Below, piece by piece: positions 12,296 to 29,107 of a stretch of 64,000 nt of DNA. The notes under the pieces were generated by a model. That model saw only the letters and a list, made by a program, of their open reading frames with translations. It had not been told where the DNA came from and ran no database searches. The DNA is from Eledone cirrhosa (lineage: Eukaryota). The stretch covers positions 87,482,001 to 87,546,000 of the forward strand of contig OZ024747.1 in the NCBI GenBank assembly GCA_964016885.1, given 5' to 3'. The position numbers and the translations under genes were made by a program. Each line of letters begins with the position of its first letter. Positions within the stretch are counted from its first letter, which is position 1.

Positions 12296-12560
12296 TTTTC
12301 TGTCCTTCACTGCTACCATAACTTCGTTATTTACTGTCCCTCATTGCTACTACAGTCTTATTATTTACTGTCCTTCACTGCTATCATAACCTCGCCATTT
12401 AGGGTCCTTCATTGCTACACTAACCTCATTAATTATGTCCCTCACTGCTCCCATAAACTCATCATTTGCGATTCTTCACTGCTACCTAACCTCGCCATTT
12501 ACTGTCCTTCACTGCTATCATAACCTCACCATTTATGGTCATTCATGGCTACCATATAAT
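12296..12560. repeat. Minisatellite, ~39-bp unit, about 7 copies
   Basis: Unit approximately TTACTGTCCTTCACTGCTACCATAACCTCGCCAT. Confidence 0.85.
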
Positions 12561-12825
12561 GGTTTTTGTTGATGTTATCTCTTTTATTTGTAAAAGAAAA
12601 ATGAACCAATTGTCACCTTTGACCTTTTATCGATACAATAACAACACCTGTCTGTTGACAAAAACACTAGGAGTTGTATGCTTTTGCTTTGACATAGTTG
12701 ACAAACTGTAAATTACTTAGCATGTTGTATAATCTCTATCTTAATAATGAGAAGGAGAGGTAGGAAGCTGGAGACATTCTACCTACTCCTTTTGTTAGAA
12801 GTAGTGAGATATGTATATGATAAAA

Positions 12826-13190
12826 TAATTGTTTCTACTTTAGGCACAAGGCCAGCAATTACCCAATGCATTACTGGTACTTTATTTTATCGACCCCGTA
12901 AGGATGAAAGGCAAAGTCAACCTCGGCGGGATTTGAACTCAGATCGTAAAGGGACGTAACTATGCTGGAAAGCATGGCGTAAAATAATGGTTTCTGATTT
13001 AGGCCAGCAATTTTGGGGGAGAGGAAAATTGATTAAATTGACCCCATTGTGTGACTGGTACTTTATTTTATCGACTCCCCCCATAAGGATGAAAGGCAAA
13101 GCTAACCTCGGTGGGATTTGAAAGCAGAACACAAAGGGCCATAACTTTATGCCACAAAGTATGGTGTCTGACGGTCTACCAATACTGCCA
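12826..13190 (-). mobile_element. Two adjacent tRNA-derived SINEs (Meta-domain-like core)
   Basis: Reverse complement of GAGGTTAACTTTGCCTTTCATCCTTACGGGGTCGATAAAATAAAGTACCAG occurs twice, with B-box GTTCAAATCC. Confidence 0.75.
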
Positions 13191-16100
13191 ATCAACAAAC
13201 AATACAATACAGTTATTTCTTAACTATTTTGATACCACACTTTCTGGTTTTATGATACAAAACTGCTTGTTTTATATTTCCATCATAATTTTATGTAAAA
13301 ATCTTTGTCAAGCTGTGTTCCAAACAAATGCTTCATAATGAGAAAATTAGTTATATTACCAAGTCTTTCAGAATTAATTGAAAATTATATGCAGTGTCTT
13401 TCACTAGAAATATGGTGATGAAATCATGGTAAGAATTCCTTCCTATTTGCATGGCAAGAATTCCTTCTTCTTTGGCCCTGAATAATTATTTACTTTTTCA
13501 CTGGTTACAGTCATCAAAGTGCAGACATATGGCTCCAATTAAGTGTTAACTGGGTCTGTGATGACCTGTCCAACCTTGCTAGCAAGGAAAATGGATGTTA
13601 TATGATGAGGAAGATGGGCTTTCACAAAGTTTCCTTCTACCAAATTTCGCTTACGGACTGAAACCACATGATTGCAAAGCAATCTGTTTAACCACACAGC
13701 CATGCCATGTCTGTGCATAATGGCAAAATGCCGAGGTTTTTCTGCAAATGTGACAAAGAACTATAGTTTCACTCTAAAATGTCCCAGTGAAATTAGATAA
13801 TCTATTCTGATCTTGGCTCTGAATAATCTCATATCTAGGGTGTTTGCAAGAAGGAGGAGGGATATATATATATATATTTATTTATTTTGTCTTTATTTAT
13901 CTGTTTTGTGAAGGTTGTTTCTCAGGCTAGTTTGTTAGCAAATATTTTACTTGCGTATGTATTGTTCTATTGTACATCATACATGATAGAGGAGACAATA
14001 TGTAAATAGGTTTCCCTAGTAAACAGTGGTTGACTGTGATTTAGTGTGGTCTTCTTTTGCTCATCTATGGTTTAATTTATTCCTAGTATGTCAGGCTTAC
14101 ACTAGTGTGTGTGTATGTAATATATAAATATATACACACACAATTTATATGTAATGTGCGTATATGAGAAAATATCACTTTATACTTTAAAGAACCTGAA
14201 ACAAAAGACTGTATCTTTAGAGGAAGTATAACATTAAAAATATATATACTACGTTACCTTTTGTTGGTAATTGACATTTTACATGTGGGGGGGGGGGGGC
14301 ATGGCTGAATACAGGTTTCTTTTTTTAAAAAATAAGTTAGTTGTCATGAAGAGAGGGACAGACCCCATGCCATTTACAAACCCCTAAACTGTTGATATTG
14401 ATGTAGTTAATGCCTCAGTTAAAACTCAATGTTTATAAGACAAACACATTTTACATTCAATCCTTTGAATAGAAGTCCCTCTTGTAGTAGTAGTTATTTG
14501 AGTCTATCTTGTACATGTTCTAACTTTCAAGCATTTTGTGAAAATATACTATATATATTGTTTGTTTGTGTGAACATTTAAAATTCATGGAACATTATGA
14601 TACAGTAGTTTATTGTGTGGATTCTTTTTTTGATTTCCTATTTGAAAGTTAAATGAATGTCCACACTCCTTACTAGTAGTATTAAAATCATAACCTTTAT
14701 TATTATATATTATTGTACTATTTTTAGCTTGTTGTTTTGTATATTTAGCTTTGTGAACATATGCAGGCTCTCACATCATCTTTTATGTTCTTTCTTTAGA
14801 ATTTACCTATCCTGTCTTGTATTTTAACATTTTTCATTGTGCTCTTTCTATAGAATTACCTATCTTAATAATGACCTGAGGAATGGATAAGTTCATTTAG
14901 TTAAGTTTTTTGGTGAGTCAAGTTTTTGATGACTCAGTTAAAGCTTCTGGTTAAGCCACATACTTGTAAATAATTACATAAAGGCTGACTTTCCCATGAT
15001 ACATACTGTAATGAATACGTGCAAAAAAAAACAACCTAAATGTAAAGAAAATAAGAAAGCTAAAAATGCAGTCTATTTGTTCCGGCTCATTACATTCTGA
15101 GGACCGGTGCAAATGTAGCGAACTTGTCTGTTTCTAGCCAGCAAGATGGTGTCTTGTCAAAATTGTCAAGAGGAGTGCAATGGAGAAACCACCTTTCTAT
15201 TTCCCCATGAAAATTCAATCACAAACACATAGCATTTGTTAAGACAGTCACCAGGACATGTCCCTTATTTACCCCATAAGGCTTTTATCTTCTCCATTGA
15301 GATAAAGCAGTTTTCACATATATACCTGAGACTTCTAACCTTTCATATAACTGAACTCTTTCAACTGAAACCAACTCTACTAAAGTTCAAATTTAAATAT
15401 AAATCTTGGACTGAAATCTCATAATTACATGATAGGATTTCAATTTTATTTGTTAAATATTTGTCATTTATTATTAAATTGAAAACTAATTATTTCATTA
15501 AACTTCTTATAATTCTTAGTTATTTTGATAATTAATACAGAAAGGTAGTACATTCTTGTTTAAATATGGTCACAAAAAGGCTAATTTCTTCTACCCAAAA
15601 CAAAAAGAAGTCAATAAGAAGAGAGTTTATATATAAACTATTGAAGTTCTTTTACTATAAAAGCACTGTCCCTAAATATATTTTCAAAACAGTGTTTTTT
15701 GTAGCTTACCTTTGCCAACAAAAACATGATAATAGTACATATCTTATCAAGGGAAGCCAGTTTATATAGTAATTATGAATATCTTGATATTAATGTTAAC
15801 ATACTTGACACAGTGATATTGGTGATAATAACTGTGTGGTGATTAAAAAGTTTGTGTTTAGACTATGTAATTTGGGGTTTCATCCTGCTTGGTAGCACTT
15901 TAGTCTTTGATCATAGGCCTCCTGGATTAAGGATGACAAATGTGGTGTTTCTTTAGTCTCTTCTGCCACTACTATAACACCTTAAGATAGAGGTTAAGAA
16001 ACTTACTTTTCAATCATGTGATGCTGAGTTCAATCTCACTGTGTCACATCTTGAATGAGAATCTTTTACTATCAATAATTTTTTCAGTCACCCCAAGCTT

Positions 16101-16377
16101 TGTGAGTGAAATTAATAAGATAGAAATTATGAATGCTAATAGGTTAGATTATATTGATATCTCAAAGATCCAGTCTTGTCACAAATTGTGTTATGATGTT
16201 TTGCCCTGAGAATTATGTTAACAATGGACTTGCCTGTGGAATATATAGCTATTTACACATTTATTTAACAAATAGGAAGACCAGCAGATCAAACAACTGA
16301 ATATTCACCATCAAAACCAACAAAGATCCAACATATTCTATATCTAAACTATTTGTTTCAGCTCTTCCCTAAGTTAA

Positions 16378-16580
16378 CCCTTTGGCATTTAAACTGGCCT
16401 TATCCGACCAGAATTCTCTCACCTCTTTGTGTTCAAACCGGCTGTAACCAGCCACTCATACTGATGTTAAGGTATGGTTCTCAAAATAATTTATATCAAA
16501 ATCTTGTAGATTCAATATTATGTGAAATAAAGCCTTTGCCACAAAAATAAAATATATAGAGTAATGTAAATGCTAAATGG
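16378..16580. mobile_element. TTAA-flanked MITE, family B
   Basis: TTAA|CCCTTTGGCATTTA...TAAATGCTAAATGG|TTAA; homologous to 49607-49827. Confidence 0.7.
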
Positions 16581-19500
16581 TTAAACCATTGCACTTGCAA
16601 CCCCTTTTCTTATCTATATAATATCTGATCCCACAAACTCTACACAAAAACACTTTGGTAAATCCTTTCTTTTTAAAAATGTTTTGCAATTAAATTAACT
16701 GAAATAGAGAGAAAGTGACTTGCTTTCCATTATCAGATTATTTTAATATCTAAAAACTGATATTATCACTTGTTATTTTAATATATTTGTTAAAATTCCT
16801 TTCATAATTTATTGCCAGAATTAATTAAAATATATTTTTGATAATATGCTACATCTTTCTTCCTTTTTAATTTCCAATCTTAAAGAATATATAATATAAA
16901 TGGCTAAGATATTTTTATGATAAACTTGTATGAATATGTATTTGTAAATATAAGTGTGTGTGCTTATGAGTGAATGTGTGTGTGTCTGTCATGAAATATT
17001 TAACCACATATATTTTTTGGTACACCCTTAAGATAAGACAGTTTAATCTAAAAATCAGTTTTATTGCTGTTAGAATCTAGGAGCAGTGACTTAACATTAT
17101 GTAAAAGAGAGACATTGCTCTCTTAAAATTAACCAAGATGTGCAGAGAGGTTGAAATAAAGAAAAACTGAAAGAATTTTTTTTAAATAGAGAGAAAGGAA
17201 AAATATATATTCTCAGTAATCAAAATTCCTGTCAAAAACATTGTATTAAAATAGATTTTATTCTATTTCTGTAGCATTTGTTCCAGCTCTTTACATTCTG
17301 AGTTTAAATCTCACAGCAGTCAACTTTGCCTTTCATCCTTCATGGGTCAGTAAAATAAAGTACCAGTCAAACACAGATCAATATAATTGACTACTCTATT
17401 TCCAAATTGCAAGCCTAAATTAGAAACCAAATTGTACAACATCCTATACCAGCCATTTATGCCATTCTTCCAAGTGTGGATTTCATATATTGGATGCAGG
17501 AATGGCCAAATAGTTTAGAAGTTTGTCTTGCAATGAGGATGTCCTGAGATCAATCTTCCTGAGCAAATATCTTCTACCATAGCCTTGAATTGATCCAAGT
17601 AATGTGAGCTGATCAATAGCGAAACATGCGTCACTACTCAATAAACGTAATGAAGACATAACATGTTGTTGATTTTATTATTATTACACTCTGCTTTGAT
17701 CTACAGTAACTAGATATTACATTCCCTATATATATATAGTGTTTGTATGTGGGCTTGTCTTATATAAGATATGTAATTGTTTCTATGGCTGAACGTACTC
17801 ATCAACAGAGTGGGGAGAGAGGGTGGCTTGTGTCTGACTTGAATAAACAAGGAACTAAATTTGTATATTTGGTTTTATGTAAAAATATGAATGTGGGTTG
17901 TATTATTTATGCTGTTAATCCTGAGAGAACAATTCAGAACAGAAGTTATTGTTTAAGAAGAGAAATACCTATGGAATAATAGCAAGGCAAACTTGATGTT
18001 ATTTAACCCCAGGTCAATCTTGATTGAGCAGATATATGATCAAAGACATTCCAGCCATGATCTTTCTGTATTTTTTACATGTGAAAGGAATTCTGGATTG
18101 CATTATTCAACATGTCCTTTTCTTATGAAATTTGGTTATTTCTAGCAAATCAAATGACCACATAGAAGTTCTTTCATTGTCTTGAAGACAGATTAGTTTT
18201 ATCCATACTGTTGGTGATATTTATCTCTAAGTATGTCCACAGTCATGTTCTTCATAGGAATGTCTACTGTTACGAGACCTTGATACCATGTGGACTGAGT
18301 TCTCTGTTGACAGATATAAAGGGTTTGTCATGGGATCTGTTGTTACTGCATTTGCTTAAGTTTGTAGATAGCATTGGATTGATATAGATTTGTTTATATT
18401 CAAGTTGTTAAGGCAACTGATGATCTTATATAATATTCATTATTGATTTTGTGTGTTTTTTCCATGCTTACATGGATTAGATGAATCTCTCCCATCCCCA
18501 GGACAAAATCTCTCCATATGTTTCTTTTCTCTGTCAGCTTTTCTGTGAGGTCAGCTTTCACCACCTCTTACATACATATATATATATACAATAAACATCA
18601 TTTCCATCAACCAAATCCATTCACAAGATATTGGTTAGCCTGAGGCTATGATAAAAGACAGTTGCCCAAGGTGGCATAACGCACAGTGGAATCAAACTCC
18701 AAACCACGTTGTTGTGAAGAAACCTTTAATGACACAGTCATGCCTTTTCCTGTAGTACATATTGTAAGTAAATCAATATATTGGAGTAATTTTGATGGCA
18801 AGAAAAATATGGGAATTAAAATGCCATGTTAGTTGATTCCACACTAATTTCCTTCTCATGAAGAAGAAAACAAATGAAGAGAGGAGTGAGGTAACAATTG
18901 AAGAATACATAGGAATAAAGTTTTACCAATACCATTCCATTGGACTGATTGACTTGTACAGAACAAAAATAAAATAAAATCTATAAAATAGGCACTTAAA
19001 TAGAAAACAAGCAATTTAATTGTAAGAGAGGAATTTGTCTTGAAAATCTAAAAACAGCTGTAATTTATTTTTTTCTAACTACTAATATAATCACAGGTAA
19101 AAAAAAGAAGTTTAAGATCAGTTGAAGCAATTAAAGTGATGTTAGGTGTTATAGTAAAACTGAAGCATTGATGATTCATAAACTAGATTCAGGCATTCGT
19201 GAGTTTTATATCGAATAATAATAATATTCAGTTCGTTTGCAAGCAAACAGCCTCATTATGATATGTTTTTTAGATGACCATTGCCATCCTTTTGTTCTAG
19301 CGGTGACAGAGAAAAACAATCGACAATATTGTTTCTGGGTTGTTACCCTTTGTCAAGATTGTGTATCTCTCTTCTATCACTCAGAAGATTCGCTTTTAGT
19401 TTAATTACTATATACACAAGTTCTTTATATATATATGTATCACCATCATCATCATTGTCATTTTAACATCTGCTTTCTCTTATAGCAAGGGTTGGACGGG

Positions 19501-21786
19501 TTAATATAGACCAAGTCAGTACTGAAGCGGACCACTTATCTCCCAGGCAGGCCAATGACTTGTGCGCTTACATACAGTCTCATATTCCATCAAATGCTCA
19601 GGCGAGGTTGTCATGCTCTTGACACTACTTGAGGCTCCTCCTGACCCTTTGTCTGGCAAGTTTTCTATGACTGGATGCCCTACCTATCACTAACCACTTT
19701 ACAGAGTGTACTGGGTGCATTTATCATGTAGATCATCAGCACTAGGGAGACTGTCATGTCCATGACATGACTGAAGGGTACTCCTGACCCTTTGTTTGTT
19801 TGCTTGGCAAGCTCTCTATGGCTTCCTATCACCAACCATTTCAAGGGGAGGGGGAAATTGCACACTAAAACCAATTCCTCTCATGCCAAATTTTTCCTTC
19901 AGTTTGCTTTATGCTGTGTCGCTAATGCACACTAACATTGCACATCCATTTATATATATATCATATTCTTTGTTTTAGTTTCTGACATTTAGTTTAGTTG
20001 TGCATTGGAGTTGTGTGTGTGTGTGCTTAACAAGACCTAAATTGACTGGAAATTCATTTTCTAGTCTAATCACAAAAAGGTATTTTACTGCTAGTTTCAA
20101 CAGGACATTCAGTTTTAATTATCTTTTATTACTCCATCTAACAATGATGGCTACCACTACACCACCACTCTAGCACTACAACCGCCACTGCCACCAACAC
20201 CCACCACCTCCACCACTTTCAGGACACCACCACTCCTACCACAGGCTGTTAGTCAAATACTATTGATACTGTGTCTCTTGCTACTAGACATAAAAATAAA
20301 CATGTCAATTGTAAACTTCTGCTATAAATTTTCATAAAAGCTTGTTGTTCATTGTTAGATGTTTTTATGCTTATTGTACGTATATCTGTGTACACATCTA
20401 TACATTTAAATTGTATTTGTCTGCATGCTTTTATATAGAATTATATACCACACATAAAAGGACGAAAAATAAGCAAGTAGTTCACTTCATAACCATGAGG
20501 TTTTGGGTTCAATTCTACTGTATAATATATTTTACTTCAACCCTAGGTCAACCCAATCATAAATGGAAACTGTTCCAAAGCCTGTCATACGGATTATACA
20601 TGTAAATTCAAAGGGCTAGCCATGTCACATCCCATGTTATCTAGAATCTTGCTAAGAACTCTGTTAAGGGTACATATATCTGTGGAATACTCAGCCTCTT
20701 GTACATTAATTTCATAAGCAGGCTACCCCATTGACTGGACAACTGGAACGTTCATCATTAAGACTCCCAGTCCCAACACTAATCACTATTTACAGTCCTT
20801 GTTGCCCAGAACATTGGCCTTCTGAATCTCTCCTTGCACATGTAAGGACTACAGGCACTGACTTGCCACGGTTTAAGTGAAACATCAACAATATCAATCA
20901 CACTAGATAAAAAATGATGCTAACATATAAAAGGATAGCTTTTTTTCAGGGAAGACGATACATGTACTGTAAAATTATAGAAATCTTTGAAAGAATAGAA
21001 AAAAATACTTATGGTTAGAAGTTTTTGGATAGGTTGGGAACAAATCAGAAAACACATTATTTATTTGAAACCTAAGAAATGATGTTGTTACATCCCTGTA
21101 TAACTTAGGACAAATCCAATGTTTTATTAAAATACTCAAGAGGATGCCTTTAAAGCTGTGTGTCTGTTTTGGCATTGTTGATAAAAATGGATTATTATTA
21201 TTGATCCATGTCTGTCTTAAAATCCAGGACATTACATTTATCTAAAAATGCATGAATGTGTGGTGTAAGTAAACAAATTTAGCCATATCTCTCTTCTCTG
21301 TTATCTCAGCTCTTGACATACCAGTTATTGACCAGATAGAGGACAAGTATATTGATTTCTTTCTTGATTAAAAGTTAAGTTAACCATTTCATTAACATAT
21401 TTCTAATGAAAGACATTGCTTATGAATTTCAAATCATTTTGAAAATAATCAAGAATTTAGAAGGATTTAGTAATAAGTTTTCATTATTAAACTGGTGTTT
21501 GGAACATAATTTAAGGTCTTAAATACGATTATGATGGAAGACTTTTAGATAAATATTAACATTTTAAAATAAACAACATAATATCATAAAGCTATGGGTA
21601 TGCTTCAGGTGTGGTTGTATAAATAAGTTTGCCAACTGAATGCAAAAGAAGCAGTGTCTTTATATGAAAAGTTTCTACACACCCTAACAGCACAACAATA
21701 TTGATTTCTTTTATATTAGCAGTAGACTACCTCAAATATATAAGAACAGAGTATAGTTGATTGAATCTACACTAGTACATGACTGG

Positions 21787-22190
21787 CAGGGCCAGATTTA
21801 ATGGAGGGCAATTTCCCTGAGCCCCTACATCAGGGGGTCCCATCAGCAACAGCCGTAGACATTTATTTGTGCCTGATGCTTTGACAACAAGAACTATATT
21901 TTTAACAAAATGTATTTAATGTCCTTACTGTGGCAAAATTCATCAAATGTCTGGTCTCTGACTGTGACAATCCATCCAATACAAGACAGTGGTGTGGATG
22001 TCAAATGAGGATGTTTAGAATTTTTTAATTCAATACCTGTATAACCTTTCAATTCCAATTACTTGTGCCAAGCCAACTTTGATATGTAAAATTGGAGGTT
22101 TGCTGTGTATTTACATTTTTTTTATTTTGAGAGCCTCCCACCCACCTAACCTGAAGTGCCTCAGGCCCCCAGGGTCTAAATCCAGCCCTG
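21787..22190. mobile_element. MITE with CAGGGCC(A/G)GATTTA terminal inverted repeats (hAT-like)
   Basis: CAGGGCCAGATTTA ... TAAATCCAGCCCTG. The TSD is only partly preserved (ATGA). Confidence 0.6.
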
Positions 22191-22468
22191 ATGATTTAAA
22201 AAACCACTTTCTCCATCTTCTTCCCTCTTCAGAAATATGAAAGTGTGGCAAAGGCAGCTGTTATGGGATTTGAACTCAAAATTTTAGTAAATTAACCAAA
22301 AGCTCCAAACAGTCTCTCCAACAATAGTCTACACATGCACAGTTTCCATCTATGAAATTTTACTTATAAAATCTAGAATCATTTGAGATTATGATTGTTG
22401 AAGAGAGACACTTTCCTAAGTACCACAGGGTCGGATTGAACACAATGCCTGTGAAGCAAACTTCGTAA

Positions 22469-22811
22469 TCATCATCATCATCATCATTTCATTTTACGTC
22501 CGCTTTTTCCTTGCTTGCAAGGGTGGGACGGGAACTGATTCTGGCTTGATTTCTACAGCTGGATGCCCTTCCTAACACCAACCTCATTTACAGTGAGTGC
22601 TGGGTGCTTTTTTTCCGTGGCACCTCCACCACCACTTTGCAGTTGAATGATAGGGACCCCAGTCCCTATCATCTCATTTCTACAGCTGAGTAAACTGGAA
22701 CAATGTGAAATAAAGTATCTTGCTCAAGGAAACAACACATCACCCGGTCTGAGAATTGAACTCACAACCTTTCGATTGCAAGCCCAATGCTCTAACCACT
22801 AAGCCATGTGC
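22469..22811 (-). mobile_element. tRNA-headed SINE with RTE-derived 3' end
   Basis: TSD CTTCGTAA (22461-22468, 22812-22819). A/B-box head (TGGCTTAGTGG...GAGTTCAATTC). The 3' part matches the RTE UTR at ~0.9-1.07 kb, with a (GAT)n tail. Confidence 0.85.
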
Positions 22812-23270
22812 CTTCGTAAGGATATAGTAATGTCTGTAAGATATTTAGACAGTCCCATGGCTGTATGGTAATTTCTACAACCCAATTGCCATGGTGGCAT
22901 CAAAACAACTATTTAACTACTGTTAAATGATGAGTTGATGATAAAACAAAAAGTGAAATAAAATAAAAAGCTTAAGAAAAGATTAGTGGCATTCACACAC
23001 TCATATACAGACACACACATAAATATATACACAGAAACATACACACACATACATCCAAGCATTTTTATATCATCATCATCATATATATATATATATATGT
23101 ATATATTGTTATACTTTGGGAGGGTCATGTTGCCAATAAGAAACACACGCACCAGTTGCTTTCACTTCAATTTATTATATATTTATAAATTTATAAATTT
23201 ACAAATCTACAAACTTATAAATTTCTGGTTGGTTGGTTGGTTCCACAACCAGATAGTTGTTTATATATAT

Positions 23271-23315
23271 AGTCATAGTCCTTTCGTCACACACTCTGTG
23301 ACCTCTTCAGTGACT
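23271..23315 (-). ncRNA. Minimal type I hammerhead ribozyme (family B)
   Basis: Minus strand AGTCA-CTGAAGA-G-GTCACA-gagtg-TGTGAC-GAAA-GGAC-TA-TGACT. Confidence 0.75.
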
Positions 23316-23528
23316 GGGGATTCCTTTCTTCTCTTCGTTTCTGTGCCTTTTCTTTCTTCTATCCTACGCCATTTTGTTTCTGTGTGTGTGTTGTGTGCTC
23401 AGTTTGCGCATGTGCCACATCCGGGTGTCTGTGTGTGTTTGTGTTCATTTTTCTATTTGTTTATTTATTTATTTATTTATTGTTGGTTGGTTGTTTGTTC
23501 TATGTGTGTGTGTGTTTTCATTTTGTCC

Positions 23529-23846
23529 TTAATTGTAAGTTGTGATGTTGCTGTTCCACTCGTATTTTCTATTTAATTTTGGTTTTAATTCTTTTATGCT
23601 TACTGCCTCTGTAATTTGCCTAAACATTGCGTCTTTTCTGTGCGTGGATTCTATTTTTATTTCTATGCTCTCTAATCTACCCCTGTGTTCTATCTTAGCA
23701 TGTTGGTAGAGCACAGATGATTCTTTATTATCTTGGAGGTCTCGCCAGTGTTCATTTATTCGTTCCCCTATACTACGAGCTGTCTCACCTATGTACACTA
23801 TATTTTTGTTTCTACATTGTCCTTCAGTACATCTTATGCTATACAC
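23529..23846 (-). pseudogene. GIY-YIG endonuclease domain of a Penelope-like element (truncated ORF)
   Basis: VY..YIGET.R...R..EH motif and C-terminal E..I....P.LN motif. Confidence 0.9.
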
Positions 23847-23953
23847 TACATTTCTAGTTTTACAGTTAATATGGGGGCTTATTTTACAGAAACAAAATGG
23901 CGTAGGATAGAAGAAAGAAAAGGCACAGAAACGAAGAGAAGAAAGGAATCCCC

Positions 23954-23998
23954 AGTCACTGAAGAGGTCACAGAGTGTGTGACGAAAGGACTATGACT
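23954..23998 (+). ncRNA. Minimal type I hammerhead ribozyme (family B)
   Basis: Stem I AGTCA/TGACT; core CTGAAGA at 23959-23965; stem II GTCACA/TGTGAC; GAAA at 23984-23987. Predicted cleavage after A23993. Confidence 0.75.
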
Positions 23999-24130
23999 AT
24001 ATATATAAACAACTATCTGGTTGTGGAACCAACCAACCAACCAGAAATTTATAAGTTTGTAGATTTGTAAATTTATAAATTTATAAATATATAATAAATT
24101 GAAGTGAAAGCAACTGGTGCGTGTGTTTCT

Positions 24131-24865
<735 letters not shown>

Positions 24866-24868
<3 letters not shown>

Positions 24869-25620
24869 TCAGCAATGTTGCATGGCAGTGAGACCTGGGC
24901 ATTGTGTGCAGAGGATATACGCAGACTAGAGAGGAACGAAGCTTGCATGCTCCGCTGGATGTGTAATAGTAATATACGTGAACGGCAAAGCATAAACGAA
25001 CTAAGGAAAAAATTAGAAATAAGAGGGATCAGATGTTGTTTACTCGAGAGAAGGCTACGTTGGTATGGTCACGTGATGCGCATGAAAGACGACAGCTGTA
25101 TAACAAAGTGCCGGGCAATAAAGATAGATGGTAGCCACGGAGTAGGCAGACCCAGAAAAACCTGGGACGACCTGATAAATTCCGACGTCACACACTTACA
25201 CCTCTCCAAGACAATGTCACTGGACCGAGACCTTTGGCGGTACTCAGTAATAGAGAAGACCCGCCTTACCTAAATACAAAGTAAAACCTACCACAGTCAG
25301 TAGGCACCTCTAACAAAATACACCCCCGTCCCACCACCCCCACCCCATCCACACCGCCCCTTTCAATGTAAAGTTATGTTGGTGCCACAACATCCAGGCC
25401 GAAACAAATGAGATCGTGTAGGTGTCACGACAAAAAACACAGTCCACGCTGTAATGTGGCCGTGTAGGCAACACGGTAAAAATCTCCCAGTCCCACACTG
25501 TAAATGTGGTTGGTGTTAGGAAGGGCATCCAGCTGTAGAAAACCCACCAGACAGTCCTATGCGAGCAAGACAACCACTCTTGCCTCAAGTGGGAAAATTC
25601 CCGTCCAAACCCATGCAAGC
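24866..25620 (+). mobile_element. RTE LINE 3' fragment (RT C-terminus plus 3' UTR, tail missing)
   Basis: [32 protein letters not shown]...[11 protein letters not shown]; closely similar to the 1110-1763 ORF. Stop codon ends at 25273. Confidence 0.9.
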
Positions 25621-25637
25621 GTACTGCTTATATTTTG

Positions 25638-25703
25638 TATTTTGTCTGAAGAAGGCATGCCATATTTTTAATATGGTATCCCTGAAATATGTATAATGAA
25701 ATA
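25638..25703 (+). ncRNA. Type I hammerhead ribozyme motif (family C) in a PLE-like terminal fragment (25621-25822)
   Basis: TATTTTGT-CTGAAGA-AGG.ATGCCATATT-ttt-AATATGGTAT.CCT-GAAA-TATGTATA-ATGAAATA; stem I has 8 bp including G-U pairs. Confidence 0.65.
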
Positions 25704-25823
25704 AATATGGTTTTATAAATATAGTTTCCATTTGTTTAATATCGTATATCTACTCCAAAACATTTTGAGTGCTTTATATCAGTTATAAAATATTTACTTG
25801 TTGTAACCCAACAATTTTAAATA

Positions 25824-27496
<1,673 letters not shown>

Positions 27497-28353
27497 ATCA
27501 TAATCATTATCTATAAAAGGCAGATTTTTGTGTCTGTATGTATGTTTCAATTTTATACATTTACACAATTCCAAAAATATTGAATGAATAATTAAGCAGA
27601 ATGTTTACAAATATTCTAACTTGGGTCATGGGCGATCTTATTGGCTAAAAAATGCCACAATTACGGAAAAATCAATTTATTTCAACAATCGATGATTTCT
27701 CCTCTCTCATATGATATACGTTTCCTATATCTATTCCCATTCATCACCTCCCCTTAAAATTGCTACCTTCTCTTATAAGTGTTTGTGAAAAAGAGAAACA
27801 TTGAAAAAAAATATATACACACATATATGTTGGTATGGTTACGATTGGCGTCATAGAAACAGGAACGCGGGAATTTCAATCAACCAACGCATACACAGTT
27901 TGTTTTAGAAATAACAATAGCATATAATGATAAAGAGATCGGCCTTACACTTTCATACACGCATACATACATATACACACATACATACAAATACCTGTCA
28001 CTTAATTTACACACACATCGGCCTTACACTTTCAAACTATATTTTTCTGTAAAAGTAACTTTAACCCTTTCTTTTCGACATAAAAATACACACATACATA
28101 CAAATACCTGTACATTTGGGGGAGGAGGGGGGGGGGGGGGGGGCTTTCTTATCAATCTTTTTACATTCAATTATCCGCCTTATACTTTCAAAGTCAATTT
28201 CTATGTTGAAGTAACTTTCACCCTTTATTTTTCGATACCCATTTACTTACTAACATTTGTATCATAACAATAACAATATTCATAAACAGACAGTAGACTT
28301 TCAAAGTCAATTTTTCTGTAGAAGTAACTTTCACCCTTTCTTTTGGACATAAA

Positions 28354-29073
28354 ATGCCACCTAAAAAGAGAAGTCGCCTCAGTCGACATACCGCGTCAGC
28401 AGTGGCGCAAAAGGCTACTATAGCAAACGAGTCCTCTGAGGAAAATGCTTCAAGACTTTCACAGACAGCCTTACGTTCAGCAGAATGTCGAGCCGCTGAA
28501 AGTTTCCAACAGCGCACTGCACGCCTAGCCAAAATGGCTTCATACCAGGCTTCTTCCAGGGCTTCAGAGAGCCGTGAACAAAGGTGGAAGCGCCTGGCTA
28601 GAAACGCTGCGACTAATGCTGCTTCCAGGTCTTTGGAACGTTTAAAACAACGGACGGCTCGCCTTCCTACGGACGCTGCGGCTATGACTACTTCCATGGC
28701 TTCTGAAGATGTAGACGGGCGGTCCATTAGCATTGCAAATGTTGCTTCTGCTATTGCTGCCAGACCTTCCCACCAACCACACGACCAATGTTCTACGTTC
28801 AAGCGTAACAGTCGACGGCGAGAAGCTGCACGCGGTGTGACCAGCCCTTACTGGCACCTACGGGCTTTCAAGTATGAGCAAAACGTTAATTACTCGATGC
28901 GCTCTAACATAAATACAGGCGAGATGCGCTTCAATTGCCAATTCTGCAATGCTACAAAGTGGGCTGGGGAGCCACCTGAAATGTGCTGCTTAAACGGTAA
29001 CGTCACCTTGCCTCCTCTTCCGGAACCGCCAGAGCCTTTGAAGGAACTACTGACTGGTTATACCTCAAGGTAA
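28354..29073 (+). pseudogene. Helitron RepHel N-terminal region (truncated)
   Basis: CQFCNATKWAGEPPEMCCLNGNVTLPPLPEPPEPLKELLTG is the conserved Cys motif that precedes the Helitron Rep domain. Confidence 0.8.
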
Positions 29074-29107
29074 AAAAAAAAACCCCAGATCCCCCCCAAT
29101 AAAAAAC

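Noticed and set aside
12296-12560. Regularly spaced ~39-bp repeats resembling a CRISPR array, also at 44340-44690
   Set aside because: Head-to-tail minisatellites without unique spacers, eukaryotic context, no cas genes.
15098-15135. CTGAGGA...GAACTTGTC hammerhead-like string
   Set aside because: It has GAAC rather than GAAA and no credible stem I or II.
19273-19404. Possible terminal exon (DDHCHPFVLAV...) after a TTTTTAG acceptor
   Set aside because: No recognisable homology and no partner exons.
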